Below, piece after piece: positions 19,163-28,042 of a stretch of 64,000 nucleotides of DNA; positions within the stretch are counted from its first letter, which is position 1, and each line of letters begins with the position of its first letter. Under the pieces are notes generated by a model. The model was not told where the DNA came from. It saw only the letters and a program-made list of their open reading frames with translations, and did no database searches. The DNA is from a virus, in IMG/VR virus record IMGVR_UViG_3300025120_014381, positions 9,421-73,420 of that record; one strand, 5' to 3'. The translations under genes and the position numbers were made by a program.

Positions 19163-19494
19163 TATTCCCCCTTTAACTTATATTTCTCCTTTAGGATTTT
19201 ATCAAGTTCTTCAGGATTGTTTTCTAATTCTTTTTGACGTGAGGATTTAATTTCAGCAATCTCCTCGCTCTTGCGCGCAAACTCTTCCTGCGCAGCAGAC
19301 CTTTTCTCAAGATGTTGTTCATATATGTCTTCTTGGGCCGCGATAATCTTCTCGCTGCGCTTCTTTTCAAACTCACTGTCACCTTCCTTTACTACTTTCC
19401 TACTGTCTCTTTTGCTTGATGCCACTATCGCAATAATTGCAAGCACTCCGCCAACTAACCATTGCCATTTGTCCTTAAACCACTTCCACTTCAT
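19162..19494 (-). CDS. N-terminal TM plus coiled coil (i-spanin-like)
   Basis: WLVGGVLAIIAIVA then charged helix. Confidence 0.45.
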   Translation of the reverse strand: MKWKWFKDKWQWLVGGVLAIIAIVASSKRDSRKVVKEGDSEFEKKRSEKIIAAQEDIYEQHLEKRSAAQEEFARKSEEIAEIKSSRQKELENNPEELDKILKEKYKLKGE

Positions 19495-20366
19495 TAATAA
19501 CGCCCGTAATATCTTTTTCTATATAATGAACCTCGAGATTCTCCAAACTTTATATTGTTAGATAGTGTATTATTCTCTTTAAGCTCACTAGCATCTACAC
19601 TAGTGCCTTCATCGTCTTGGGTTTTAAGATACTTAATAAACTTAAGTACTCCATCTAAGTTGTCTTTGTAACCAGCTCTTTTAGCTATCCCTGCAGCATC
19701 ACCCTTATTCTTTTCAAGATAATCAGGTGTCAAAGTGTCTTCGTGATACCCGCCTTTTAGTGCTGCTGCGACAGCATCAGAGGTGATCCACGCTTTCCAT
19801 TTTTCTGTCGTTTTATTACCCCAGTCGCCGTCATCTGTTGCACCAATAATTCTTTGAATTTCTTTAACTTTTGCAACCCCGGATGAAGATAATTTCTTCT
19901 TAGATTTTGTCTGAGCCGGCTTACTTTGTGCTTTTTCAGCTGATTTAGCAGCTGTTGCTGCTAGCGTCTCAACTTCTCCTTCTTTTTTGTTTTCATACTC
20001 AGACCTGTACTTTCTCATTGCTTGTTTCACGACTGGATCTTTAAGGACGCGGTTGTTAGGAGATTTTTTCTCCATACCTAACATTGTTAACATAAATGTG
20101 TCTTTGTTAAAACCATTAGCGTCATAATTCGGATCATTAAGTAACGCTGTTGCTGCATTATTTAATAAGACTTCTTTGGCAGCATCTATCTCATCTGACT
20201 TTTTTTGTCCTTTAGTAAAAGAAGTATAAACTCTTGCAGACGCAGCATCTAATGTACCCATTCCTTCTGGCGCATCAGAGACTTCGCTGATTAAGCTTTC
20301 TAATTTAAAATTTCTTCCATACAGTTCATTAATTAGTTTCTGATTGTGTGCGTACTTTGTTTTCAT
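19494..20366 (-). CDS. Hypothetical protein with peptidoglycan-binding-like domain
   Basis: EIQRIIGATDDGDWGNKT; LINE/LISE/LKE sites; start placed at MKTKY. Confidence 0.55.
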   Translation of the reverse strand: MKTKYAHNQKLINELYGRNFKLESLISEVSDAPEGMGTLDAASARVYTSFTKGQKKSDEIDAAKEVLLNNAATALLNDPNYDANGFNKDTFMLTMLGMEKKSPNNRVLKDPVVKQAMRKYRSEYENKKEGEVETLAATAAKSAEKAQSKPAQTKSKKKLSSSGVAKVKEIQRIIGATDDGDWGNKTTEKWKAWITSDAVAAALKGGYHEDTLTPDYLEKNKGDAAGIAKRAGYKDNLDGVLKFIKYLKTQDDEGTSVDASELKENNTLSNNIKFGESRGSLYRKRYYGRY

Positions 20367-20370
20367 TTTA

Positions 20371-20640
20371 TTATCCCCTCCATATCTTTGCAAAATCAAT
20401 AGCTGACTGGCCGCCGATGTACATCATTGCGATCATGCCCCATGTATCTGCATCTAAGCCGGCATAAACTAAAAGAGCTGTTGCTGTACCAAATACTAAT
20501 AACTTGCGAGAAATAATCTTCTCTTGCATGCTATCGAGTATCCCTTTTGTTTTTCGATCCAAATACAAATCTTTCTTGAGTGCTTCTACTTTCTCAGCAG
20601 GTAAATTTTTTACAGCATCTTTTATTTCTTCAATTCCCAT
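20371..20640 (-). CDS. Holin-like two-TM membrane protein
   Basis: SRKLLVFGTATALLVYAGL and WGMIAMMYIGGQSAID. Confidence 0.5.
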   Translation of the reverse strand: MGIEEIKDAVKNLPAEKVEALKKDLYLDRKTKGILDSMQEKIISRKLLVFGTATALLVYAGLDADTWGMIAMMYIGGQSAIDFAKIWRG

Positions 20641-20654
20641 TTTTAATCCTTACT

Positions 20655-20996
20655 TTACATTTTTTCTAAGCTTTGTATTTCTTTGTACAATTTTTTAAGT
20701 TCTTGGATTGTCGGTAGTTTATCAGCAACTGTTTCACCTTCGTCTAGTTCATCCATTCTTGCTAAAGCATCACCCACCTTGTAAACAAATTCTGATATAC
20801 TTCCTAGCGTTGATCTCATTTTTCCTGTCTGATCTTCTGCAATATCTCTTATTGATTTACCTGCTGTCATTATTTTGCCGCCGGCAGACTTTACTTTTTT
20901 TCCTGACTTACTACCAGAAAATTGCGCCATTTCAGAAGCATTTAAAACTTCTTCCATTAAAAGTTTTCTGAGCCTTGATCTGTTTAATTTTTTCAT
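20655..20996 (-). CDS. Hypothetical protein with MKKLNRSRLRKLLMEE leader
   Basis: Leader motif; GAGG RBS. Confidence 0.55.
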   Translation of the reverse strand: MKKLNRSRLRKLLMEEVLNASEMAQFSGSKSGKKVKSAGGKIMTAGKSIRDIAEDQTGKMRSTLGSISEFVYKVGDALARMDELDEGETVADKLPTIQELKKLYKEIQSLEKM

Positions 20997-20997
20997 A

Positions 20998-21279
20998 TTA
21001 ATCCTCATCTTCTATCATACTAAATATGCTCTCAACATCTGATTTGCTAAAATTCTTTTTTGCCCGATGCTTCTTTTCTTCTACAACATCATCAAGAAAT
21101 TTCATAATTTTATTATCTTCAATCTCAATTCGCTTAGCAAAAGCCTCGATTACTTCTTGCATCGATAAGCTCCGGGCTGTACATGCCATTTTTAGCGCTG
21201 TGTGACTATCTTTTGTTAGATTGAAGTGAACTGACTTCTTAACCAAGACATCGTATTGTCTAGACATGTCATCCTCCAC
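20998..21279 (-). CDS. Ribbon-helix-helix-like DNA-binding protein
   Basis: KKSVHFNLTKDSHTALKMACTARSLSMQEVIE. Confidence 0.55.
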   Translation of the reverse strand: MEDDMSRQYDVLVKKSVHFNLTKDSHTALKMACTARSLSMQEVIEAFAKRIEIEDNKIMKFLDDVVEEKKHRAKKNFSKSDVESIFSMIEDED

Positions 21280-21880
21280 TCATTCCTGCGCCGGCTGGAT
21301 TAGCGCCAACAGCCAACGGGACATCTTCTGCGTATTTAATGTCAAATTCTTTTGCTGAAATACCGAACTGCTCATCAAGTATATCTAGATATCTCACAAC
21401 AAACTTATCACCATAATTTTCATCAAGGAAGTTTTTAGTTCTATTGATGATTGCAGTTTCAACATCTAATAATTGTCGGTGGTTCATGATTAATCTTGCA
21501 ACTTTAATCGTAAATTTGTCGATATCTAAATCAGGAACAGCATCTGCAACTGCAGCCTTTGCAGTTATCGCTTCTGATCCTGTTGGACTAGTCTCTTCTT
21601 CAGGCGCTTCATCTCCAGATTCATCTGCATCTGCGGGTTCATCCTCTTGTTCGAAAAGAAACTGAAGTGAAGTTTTATTTAAAGACTCCATTATTTTATC
21701 ATCTTCATTTCGAATAGTTCTCTTTTCGTACATTAATATTAAAGAATCAATTTGATCATCAACAGAATCATCTGCTTTTCTTGCCTTAGTATTCGAGTTA
21801 GCAGTTACGCCAGCCTCAGGTGCATCTCCTAAGTCTTCTTCTTGTTGCTCAAAAATCAATTTATAAAGTTTTTCTTTCAT
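21269..21880 (-). CDS. Acidic hypothetical protein (probable head protein)
   Basis: LIFEQ/LFEQ/IMES sites, acidic linkers. Confidence 0.55.
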   Translation of the reverse strand: MKEKLYKLIFEQQEEDLGDAPEAGVTANSNTKARKADDSVDDQIDSLILMYEKRTIRNEDDKIMESLNKTSLQFLFEQEDEPADADESGDEAPEEETSPTGSEAITAKAAVADAVPDLDIDKFTIKVARLIMNHRQLLDVETAIINRTKNFLDENYGDKFVVRYLDILDEQFGISAKEFDIKYAEDVPLAVGANPAGAGMSGG

Positions 21881-21881
21881 T

Positions 21882-22559
21882 TTAACTCCTCAGAATCTGG
21901 ATCATTTTGTCAGCTTTTACGACGCGTTCTTCGATCACAGGCCAACGTAATAATTTCATCATTGCTCTAGCGTAAGTGCTAACGTCTTTTAAGTAATCAC
22001 GATAATATGCATGCTGCCATGCATCCATTACGATGATAGGATACGATCCAAAAGGAATGTTGTTTGAATGTAGATCAACGACGGCGTTCATGTAAGTTTG
22101 TGTGAACGTGTTTAAATAAGTTATCGCCCAACCACATTGAGAGGCTGCTGCGCATGCTAAAAAATCTTTTTGCCAAGCGTCAAAACTCCCAAAGTCTCGT
22201 GCTAAGCGCATATAAGAAAGAGAGTCCATTTTAATTTCAGAATTTGGATCACCAACATTAGCGAAATATAATTCGTGTAAGTATACACCATTCATATTAA
22301 AAGTCTCATCTAATTTTAAAGATCTAAATTGTGAATGATTACAGTTCACATTTTGTTTATCAACAGTGTCAAGTTTGGCACTGACTTCATTAAAGTTTTT
22401 AAGATACCCTTGGTAGAGTTCAATGTGATTTTGGTAATTGTCATTACTTAAAAATTCTGAATTAAAACTAAACTTTTTTTCTTGTGCTGACAAAGCTTCA
22501 TCAATTCTTAGCGAGTCGCGTATAACTGATTTAATTTTTCCATTAAATAATTTTTCCAT
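21882..22559 (-). CDS. sod: Fe/Mn superoxide dismutase with N-terminal extension
   Basis: NHIELYQGY, LHELYFAN, DFGSFDAW, MDAWQHAYYRDY (four metal ligands present). Confidence 0.85.
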   Translation of the reverse strand: MEKLFNGKIKSVIRDSLRIDEALSAQEKKFSFNSEFLSNDNYQNHIELYQGYLKNFNEVSAKLDTVDKQNVNCNHSQFRSLKLDETFNMNGVYLHELYFANVGDPNSEIKMDSLSYMRLARDFGSFDAWQKDFLACAAASQCGWAITYLNTFTQTYMNAVVDLHSNNIPFGSYPIIVMDAWQHAYYRDYLKDVSTYARAMMKLLRWPVIEERVVKADKMIQILRS

Positions 22560-22562
22560 TTT

Positions 22563-22802
22563 TTACACCGTTTCGTATTCTTTAAAGTCAGACATAGGTA
22601 TTTCTACATAAACTTTCTTTTTTGACATAGGGTTGCTATAATATCGATATGCAACAATTAAGGGTTCCTTACCATTAATTACAATTTTTTGAATAGTATA
22701 TTCAATTTTTGTAGGTTTGTGTCTTATTAACAAAGACTTTGACAACATATTGATTATCTTGCCCTTCTTCTTTTTAATACCTTTTTTTAAATTCTCTTGC
22801 AA
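22563..22802 (-). CDS. Hypothetical protein
   Basis: ORF after ATAATTA motif. Confidence 0.5.
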   Translation of the reverse strand: MQENLKKGIKKKKGKIINMLSKSLLIRHKPTKIEYTIQKIVINGKEPLIVAYRYYSNPMSKKKVYVEIPMSDFKEYETV

Positions 22803-22841
22803 GACAAACTCCGCTGTACAATTTAATTATCAATTTCTCAT

Positions 22842-23276
22842 TTAATTATCAACTAATTTTATAACTGTGACATTACATTCGTTCAATATATCAACGCCAG
22901 ACATGTCTGGTTTATAATCATTAATGTACAACACCTGTTCTATTCCAGAGTTAACAATACATTTTGCACAGACAGGACAAGGAGCGTGAGTTAGATACAT
23001 CTTTTTTGGTTTAGGGTTGTTAAAGTCACATTTAATTAATGCATTAACCTCTGCGTGTATAAAACCACTTTTGCCTGTCTCCAGAGAATCCCTGCAGTTT
23101 GGTCCTCCTTTCTGGTCGCCATTATAACCTAACGCTAGTACTTGTGTATTGTCATTAGTAACAATGACTGCGCCTACTTGAAATTTCGGATCAGGAGAGC
23201 GTTTTGCAATATCTAAGGCAAATCTTTGCCAGATACTGTTCCACTCCGGTCTATCGTTTACTTTCATTTTTTTCAC
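22842..23276 (-). CDS. dCMP deaminase
   Basis: QVGAVIV, LGYNG, IHAEVNAL, HAPCPVCAK. Confidence 0.9.
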   Translation of the reverse strand: MKKMKVNDRPEWNSIWQRFALDIAKRSPDPKFQVGAVIVTNDNTQVLALGYNGDQKGGPNCRDSLETGKSGFIHAEVNALIKCDFNNPKPKKMYLTHAPCPVCAKCIVNSGIEQVLYINDYKPDMSGVDILNECNVTVIKLVDN

Positions 23277-23403
23277 AAATAATTCTTCTCATGATTGTCT
23301 TCGCGGTGGCATAATTGTAGCAAGGAATAACGTCGTCTTCAGAAATAACAACTTCATATTTACCATAAAACTTAATAGAATCTCTTATGTATGGATATAT
23401 CAT
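23251..23403 (-). CDS. Small hypothetical protein (50 aa, not in ORF track)
   Basis: MIYPYIRDSIKFYGKYEVVISEDDVIPCYNYATAKTIMRRIICEKNESKR fills the operon gap. Confidence 0.45.
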   Translation of the reverse strand: MIYPYIRDSIKFYGKYEVVISEDDVIPCYNYATAKTIMRRIICEKNESKR

Positions 23404-23406
23404 AGT

Positions 23407-24243
23407 TTAAACTTTGTCAAAAAGATCTTCGATATTGAAATCTCCAGGCAGTACAAACCCAGCTGCTTTTTTATGTCCACCACCACCATATTCTTTAGAA
23501 ACTTCAGAGACGTCAATCTTATCGTGGAAAGCACGAAGACTAACTTTTATAATTTTTTCGTTATGATCGTAGTACCAGATCATTGCAAAGTCACAGTCAG
23601 GTGCCAATCGTGCACCTATTTCAGACATCCAATGAGAAGAGTTAACAACTAAAACGTTTTTACTATTTATTTTCCTAGCAGCAGCTTTGTCACACACTTT
23701 CTTAACTACAGTTTTTGAATAAGCTAATATATAGCTGCCTCTTTTAACAGCATCATCAAACACAGAATCATCCTCAAACTTTTCAAATTCTTCAAAGTCG
23801 TGAGGCACCATGTCAAACGCCGCGCTGAATTCTTTTGAATAAGGTAGTTCCCAACGCCATAAGTCTCTATCTGTAATATACTGGATAAACTTTGGTGACT
23901 CTTTACCTGGGTGGAAAAATTCCCAAGACAATGTTGCACCAGACTTATTCATATCAAATATTGTATTTGATATATCATGCAATTCGACAACTGCTGACTT
24001 GTGATGATCAATAACTAAAAGTTCGTTTGCATCTTTAATCATTTGTTTTGTTGTCGCATTATTAAAAGAAAAGTCTAGTATAACAACATTCTTTCCTTTT
24101 ACGTCAGGGGGATTAGTTCCGTGCTTGCAAGCGTAGTACTCAGCACGATTACCTAATAGTTTCCAAGCTGAATAAGCTGATCCGAAACCATCAGTGCAAT
24201 CGGCATGATATATTACAACGTTAACACTCGAAGGTTCTAACAT
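23407..24243 (-). CDS. DHH/DHHA1 family phosphoesterase
   Basis: YHADCTDG, ILDFS, IDHHKS, DRDLW, SLR, YGGGGHKKAAGF. Confidence 0.9.
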   Translation of the reverse strand: MLEPSSVNVVIYHADCTDGFGSAYSAWKLLGNRAEYYACKHGTNPPDVKGKNVVILDFSFNNATTKQMIKDANELLVIDHHKSAVVELHDISNTIFDMNKSGATLSWEFFHPGKESPKFIQYITDRDLWRWELPYSKEFSAAFDMVPHDFEEFEKFEDDSVFDDAVKRGSYILAYSKTVVKKVCDKAAARKINSKNVLVVNSSHWMSEIGARLAPDCDFAMIWYYDHNEKIIKVSLRAFHDKIDVSEVSKEYGGGGHKKAAGFVLPGDFNIEDLFDKV

Positions 24244-24256
24244 ACGTCTCTCCTAA

Positions 24257-24838
24257 TTACTCACGCATATAATTATGATGTTCTTGACATCTTGGTTCGT
24301 AAAGTTCTGCACCACCTACTTGAATTTGTTCTACTGATGGATCAGATTCAAAAGGTTCTACTTGTTTTACATTTGATTTTATGTATGTGTATCTTGCATC
24401 TTTTTGGCAAACGCTGCATACAGACTTACACTTTATTATTCTTGTACAAAAAGGCATTAGGTCTTTGACTTCTTTAAAAGGCTCTCCGGCAAAAGACAGG
24501 TCTATTGAAGATACTACCACGTCATATCCTTTCTTGTATAAGGTTAAACATGCGGCGGCGCCACCCTCAATTAAAAATAATTCGTCTATCAAAACGCAAT
24601 CAACCTCTTTTTGCTCTGCAATCTTTTTAATTATCTCTTCACCAGTAGAAACTAAATGCGCTGGAATTTTATTGAAGTTATGTGTAACTATCTCGCCAAC
24701 TTGCGAGTATCTATCATCAAGGCTAGACTTGAATGCGATAACCTTCTGCTTTTGATAGTATCTTTTGTCAGCTTGCATCAACAACTTTGTTGTTTTTGAA
24801 CTAAACATAGGGCCGGTGTATAGTATTAAATCAGCCAT
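24257..24838 (-). CDS. tdk: Thymidine kinase
   Basis: TGPMFSSKTT, DDRYS, IDE, CSVC, VGGAELYEPRC. Confidence 0.9.
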   Translation of the reverse strand: MADLILYTGPMFSSKTTKLLMQADKRYYQKQKVIAFKSSLDDRYSQVGEIVTHNFNKIPAHLVSTGEEIIKKIAEQKEVDCVLIDELFLIEGGAAACLTLYKKGYDVVVSSIDLSFAGEPFKEVKDLMPFCTRIIKCKSVCSVCQKDARYTYIKSNVKQVEPFESDPSVEQIQVGGAELYEPRCQEHHNYMRE

Positions 24839-25841
24839 CTCTCAGTCCCCACCACTGGATTGTGAGCTCTAAACCTTCCCAAAATTTTACTAGAGGTTCA
24901 TAGCCAAAATCATTCTTAGCTTTAGAGACGTCTGCTTGTGTGTGCATGACGTCGCCTGGGCGCCAATCAGCATGTCTAATCGTGCTATTGAATTCTGAGA
25001 CGAAATAATCCAACACCTCTTTATTGGAGACCTTGTTGTTACACGCGATATTATAACAGTCTCCAGCAAAAGGACCTTTAGCATTTGCTGATAAAATGTT
25101 TGCTGAAACTACATTATCAATATAACACATATCGCGTGTCTGGCTTCCGTCTCCATCAGAACGACACTCAAGATTGTTTTTAGTTGCGTGACACCAAGCA
25201 GAAACGGCTGTTGAATATGGGCTGTCTCCGTACTGACCTGGCCCAAAAACATTAAAATATCTCAAGCAAACAATATCAAGCTTGTACAAGTGCCAGCACA
25301 TCTTTGCAAATTCTTCTATCGATGACTTTTGCCATGCATAAGGTGACTTAGGATCTTTAGAAGCAGTTTCTTTTGTCGGTAGTTCAATGGCACCTCCATA
25401 AACAGAAGAGGAGGAGGCCCAAACAATCCTATCAACAGCACCACTGGCTGCCTCAAATAGTTTTACTGTTTTTGCTATGTTAACTTCTGTAGTATACCAA
25501 GGTTGTTCAACTGAGTAACTGACTCTTGGTACTGCTGCCTGGTGAAAAATAACATCGTAACATCCTTGATATACAGCATTCAACACATTATCGTCCGCAA
25601 AATCATCTTGTATCACTAACACTTCATCACTTTTTCTTTTTTGATCTTCAGGGATTTGCATCATGTAAATTGTATAAAATGAGCCGTTTGGTAAAACTCT
25701 AATATTTACCCCTTCCAACAATTCTAAATGGCCGTTTGACATGTCATCAACAATGTCAACTTGCCAACCTTGTTTTACCAGCTCTTTTGTGAGGTTGCTT
25801 CCAATAAAACCACAACCTCCTGTCACTAGTGCTTTTTTCAT
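24831..25841 (-). CDS. NAD-dependent NDP-sugar epimerase/dehydratase
   Basis: VTGGCGFIGS, HQAA, ASSSSVYG, SPYAWQK, LRYFNVFGP, RPGDV. Confidence 0.9.
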   Translation of the reverse strand: MKKALVTGGCGFIGSNLTKELVKQGWQVDIVDDMSNGHLELLEGVNIRVLPNGSFYTIYMMQIPEDQKRKSDEVLVIQDDFADDNVLNAVYQGCYDVIFHQAAVPRVSYSVEQPWYTTEVNIAKTVKLFEAASGAVDRIVWASSSSVYGGAIELPTKETASKDPKSPYAWQKSSIEEFAKMCWHLYKLDIVCLRYFNVFGPGQYGDSPYSTAVSAWCHATKNNLECRSDGDGSQTRDMCYIDNVVSANILSANAKGPFAGDCYNIACNNKVSNKEVLDYFVSEFNSTIRHADWRPGDVMHTQADVSKAKNDFGYEPLVKFWEGLELTIQWWGLRDG

Positions 25842-25861
25842 ATAAACTCCTTAACATAGAT

Positions 25862-25890
25862 ATTATATCTTACAATATTGAGATTTATAA
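25862..25890 (-). promoter_or_regulatory. Promoter TTATAA-N17-TATAAT
   Basis: -35 25885-25890, -10 25862-25867. Confidence 0.55.
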
Positions 25891-26436
25891 TACTACTTCA
25901 ATATCACTTGTGTCTATATCGAATTCATTGAATATTACATCTTGGCCGCCTAATTCTTTAATTTCCATGAGAAACCAAAAGCCTGCGATGTTTCCCTCTA
26001 ACTCTTCAACAATATTTGCAACAGCAACGGCAGTACCTCCCGTTGCTAGCACATCATCAACAATCAAAACGTTATCTTCACGCGTAATATCTTCTTCATG
26101 AATTTCTATCGTAGCTGATCCATATTCTAACTTATAAGTTTGGTGTGCAGTTTTGCGTGGTAGCTTTCCTGCTTTCCTTGCTAGCACCATAGGTAAACCG
26201 GTTTCATATGCGAGAATTGTTCCAAAAAGAAAACCTCGTGAATCTATCGCTACAATCTTATTAACCATACCTTCACGTTTAATTTTTCTAACGTAATGCG
26301 TCATTAAGTTTCTAAACTCTGTCTGATCTTGAAAAAGAGGTGTGATATCTTTAAACGTCACGTTCTTTTTTGGAAAATCAGGTACATCAATAATTAATTT
26401 TTTAATTCTTTCTAACATGAATTTGTGTTCACTCAT
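25885..26436 (-). CDS. apt: Adenine phosphoribosyltransferase
   Basis: VPDFPK...FKDITPL, DSRGF, RKAGKLP, LEYGS, IVDDVLATGGT; start placed at MSEHKF. Confidence 0.92.
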   Translation of the reverse strand: MSEHKFMLERIKKLIIDVPDFPKKNVTFKDITPLFQDQTEFRNLMTHYVRKIKREGMVNKIVAIDSRGFLFGTILAYETGLPMVLARKAGKLPRKTAHQTYKLEYGSATIEIHEEDITREDNVLIVDDVLATGGTAVAVANIVEELEGNIAGFWFLMEIKELGGQDVIFNEFDIDTSDIEVVL

Positions 26437-26935
26437 TTTTTCTTTCCTTCCATATGTCATTTTTATTTTTTCTTTCAAAAAAGCTAACATTGACTTTTTT
26501 CTCTTCATCATTAAGCGTGTAAGATGCAATTAATCCAGCATGACTAATTACACTTAAGTTAGTTATAACAAACTTTCCACAGCTAATTTCTATTATCTCG
26601 CCTATATTGATCGGATAACCAAAGGCAGTTGTGAAAAATGTATTTTTGTTTATTTCAATTAGTGTGCTTGTTTTCTCTTCGTATCTAAATAGTCTTCTTT
26701 TATCATAGTGGCGTTTTCTTAGTGTCTTCCACCTAAACGAACTACTAATTGATGATTCCATTTTAGGAAATGCTTGTTTAAAGATATGTTTTCTCCTTTG
26801 GCAACCGTGACTAGGAGGTCCCCAAATGACATAGTCAGGAAAACAAATTTCATCTTTAAGAAAAATGCATTCAAAAATATTTTTATCTTTTATCATATAA
26901 CATGTCCTGAGCCTACCGTGAATTCCATTTTGCAA
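26429..26935 (-). CDS. Hypothetical protein
   Basis: Operonic ORF, true start probably about 26896. Confidence 0.45.
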   Translation of the reverse strand: MQNGIHGRLRTCYMIKDKNIFECIFLKDEICFPDYVIWGPPSHGCQRRKHIFKQAFPKMESSISSSFRWKTLRKRHYDKRRLFRYEEKTSTLIEINKNTFFTTAFGYPINIGEIIEISCGKFVITNLSVISHAGLIASYTLNDEEKKVNVSFFERKNKNDIWKERKNE

Positions 26936-27813
26936 TAATTACCTTCACGGTCACATTTAAAATACCTAAATACTTCTGCTGTTAAATACTTCAGGAAGTT
27001 TAGATCGTAATGCACTGTATCTTTTGCATTAGAAGACCGTAGGTAAAAACGTGCATCCATGTGATCGTCGCGGATTAAAAAGTGACATGTGGCAATGCAA
27101 CTACTGTCTGTGTATATGAAGCGACGTGAGTTTATTGTTTCTTTGCGTTCGTAAGGATTTTTTCCTGCTAGCTCGTCTTTGATTGTTTTAAATACTGAGG
27201 CCTCGATTCTTTCGTAATAATCTTTCTCTTTTTCATAAACTAACATTTCTTCGTTAATGTCAGAAAAATCACCTGTGTCATAGTGCACAAAGTTAAAACC
27301 CACTACCTCTTGTAATTGGTTTGCAGATGATGTACCTAGTGTTTGCAACATAGCGTCCCGCAGATGATGCGCAGAGTTTCTTTCGAATGATCGATACTGG
27401 TTAACCAGGCTTTTAACGAGAGGTTCATCCACAACACTTCTTATTATAGTTACGTTGGCGTGGTACTGGAATTCTTCTACAGCTTCAGAGAAAAGATTAT
27501 GTAGTTTACGCAGACTAGCAAGATTTTGAATTGGGTCGCCACGCTTTGAAAATCTATCAACAATAACCTCCCAGTCAGGCAAGCAAATAATTAGCTGGTT
27601 GTTAAGATTAAACAGTTCACGTTTTAATTGTTCAACGTGGTTGAAAGTATTTCGGCCATAGTATTTTGCATGGATCAGCATAGACAAAGCTGATCGATCT
27701 TGGATGTTCCATTGATAATTTGATTGTTCGTGTATCATCTCGTATAAAGTTGTTTTTCCGGAACAATCAGGACCTTCAATAAAAATGTAATTAATTGGTG
27801 TTGAGTAACTCAT
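26893..27813 (-). CDS. dNMP kinase fused to a thymidylate-synthase-fold domain with dCMP-type signature
   Basis: N-terminal IEGPDCSGKTT/DRS; C-terminal SRR...SCIATCHFLIRD...YLRSSNAKDTVHYD...VGSGHVI. Confidence 0.65.
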   Translation of the reverse strand: MSYSTPINYIFIEGPDCSGKTTLYEMIHEQSNYQWNIQDRSALSMLIHAKYYGRNTFNHVEQLKRELFNLNNQLIICLPDWEVIVDRFSKRGDPIQNLASLRKLHNLFSEAVEEFQYHANVTIIRSVVDEPLVKSLVNQYRSFERNSAHHLRDAMLQTLGTSSANQLQEVVGFNFVHYDTGDFSDINEEMLVYEKEKDYYERIEASVFKTIKDELAGKNPYERKETINSRRFIYTDSSCIATCHFLIRDDHMDARFYLRSSNAKDTVHYDLNFLKYLTAEVFRYFKCDREGNYCKMEFTVGSGHVI

Positions 27814-28042
27814 CTTCTATTTCCTCTATTTTTGCAATAAATAAGTTTTCGTGTTCTTTGATTTTTCCGTTATAAAAGACAGAATAAAAATTGTTTCTAA
27901 GTTTAAGTGGATTTCTTTTTACGACAATACCGTAAGCGTGATCAAATCCGGCTTTGTCATGGAAGGGAACTACACAAAGCTCGCCTATCTCAAATTTTTT
28001 ATCTTCAGGTGTTGTAAATATATTCATGTCAATCTGTGACAA
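27791..28042 (-). CDS. Hypothetical small protein
   Basis: FEIGELCVV...YGIVV pattern. Confidence 0.5.
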   Translation of the reverse strand: MSQIDMNIFTTPEDKKFEIGELCVVPFHDKAGFDHAYGIVVKRNPLKLRNNFYSVFYNGKIKEHENLFIAKIEEIEDELLNTN

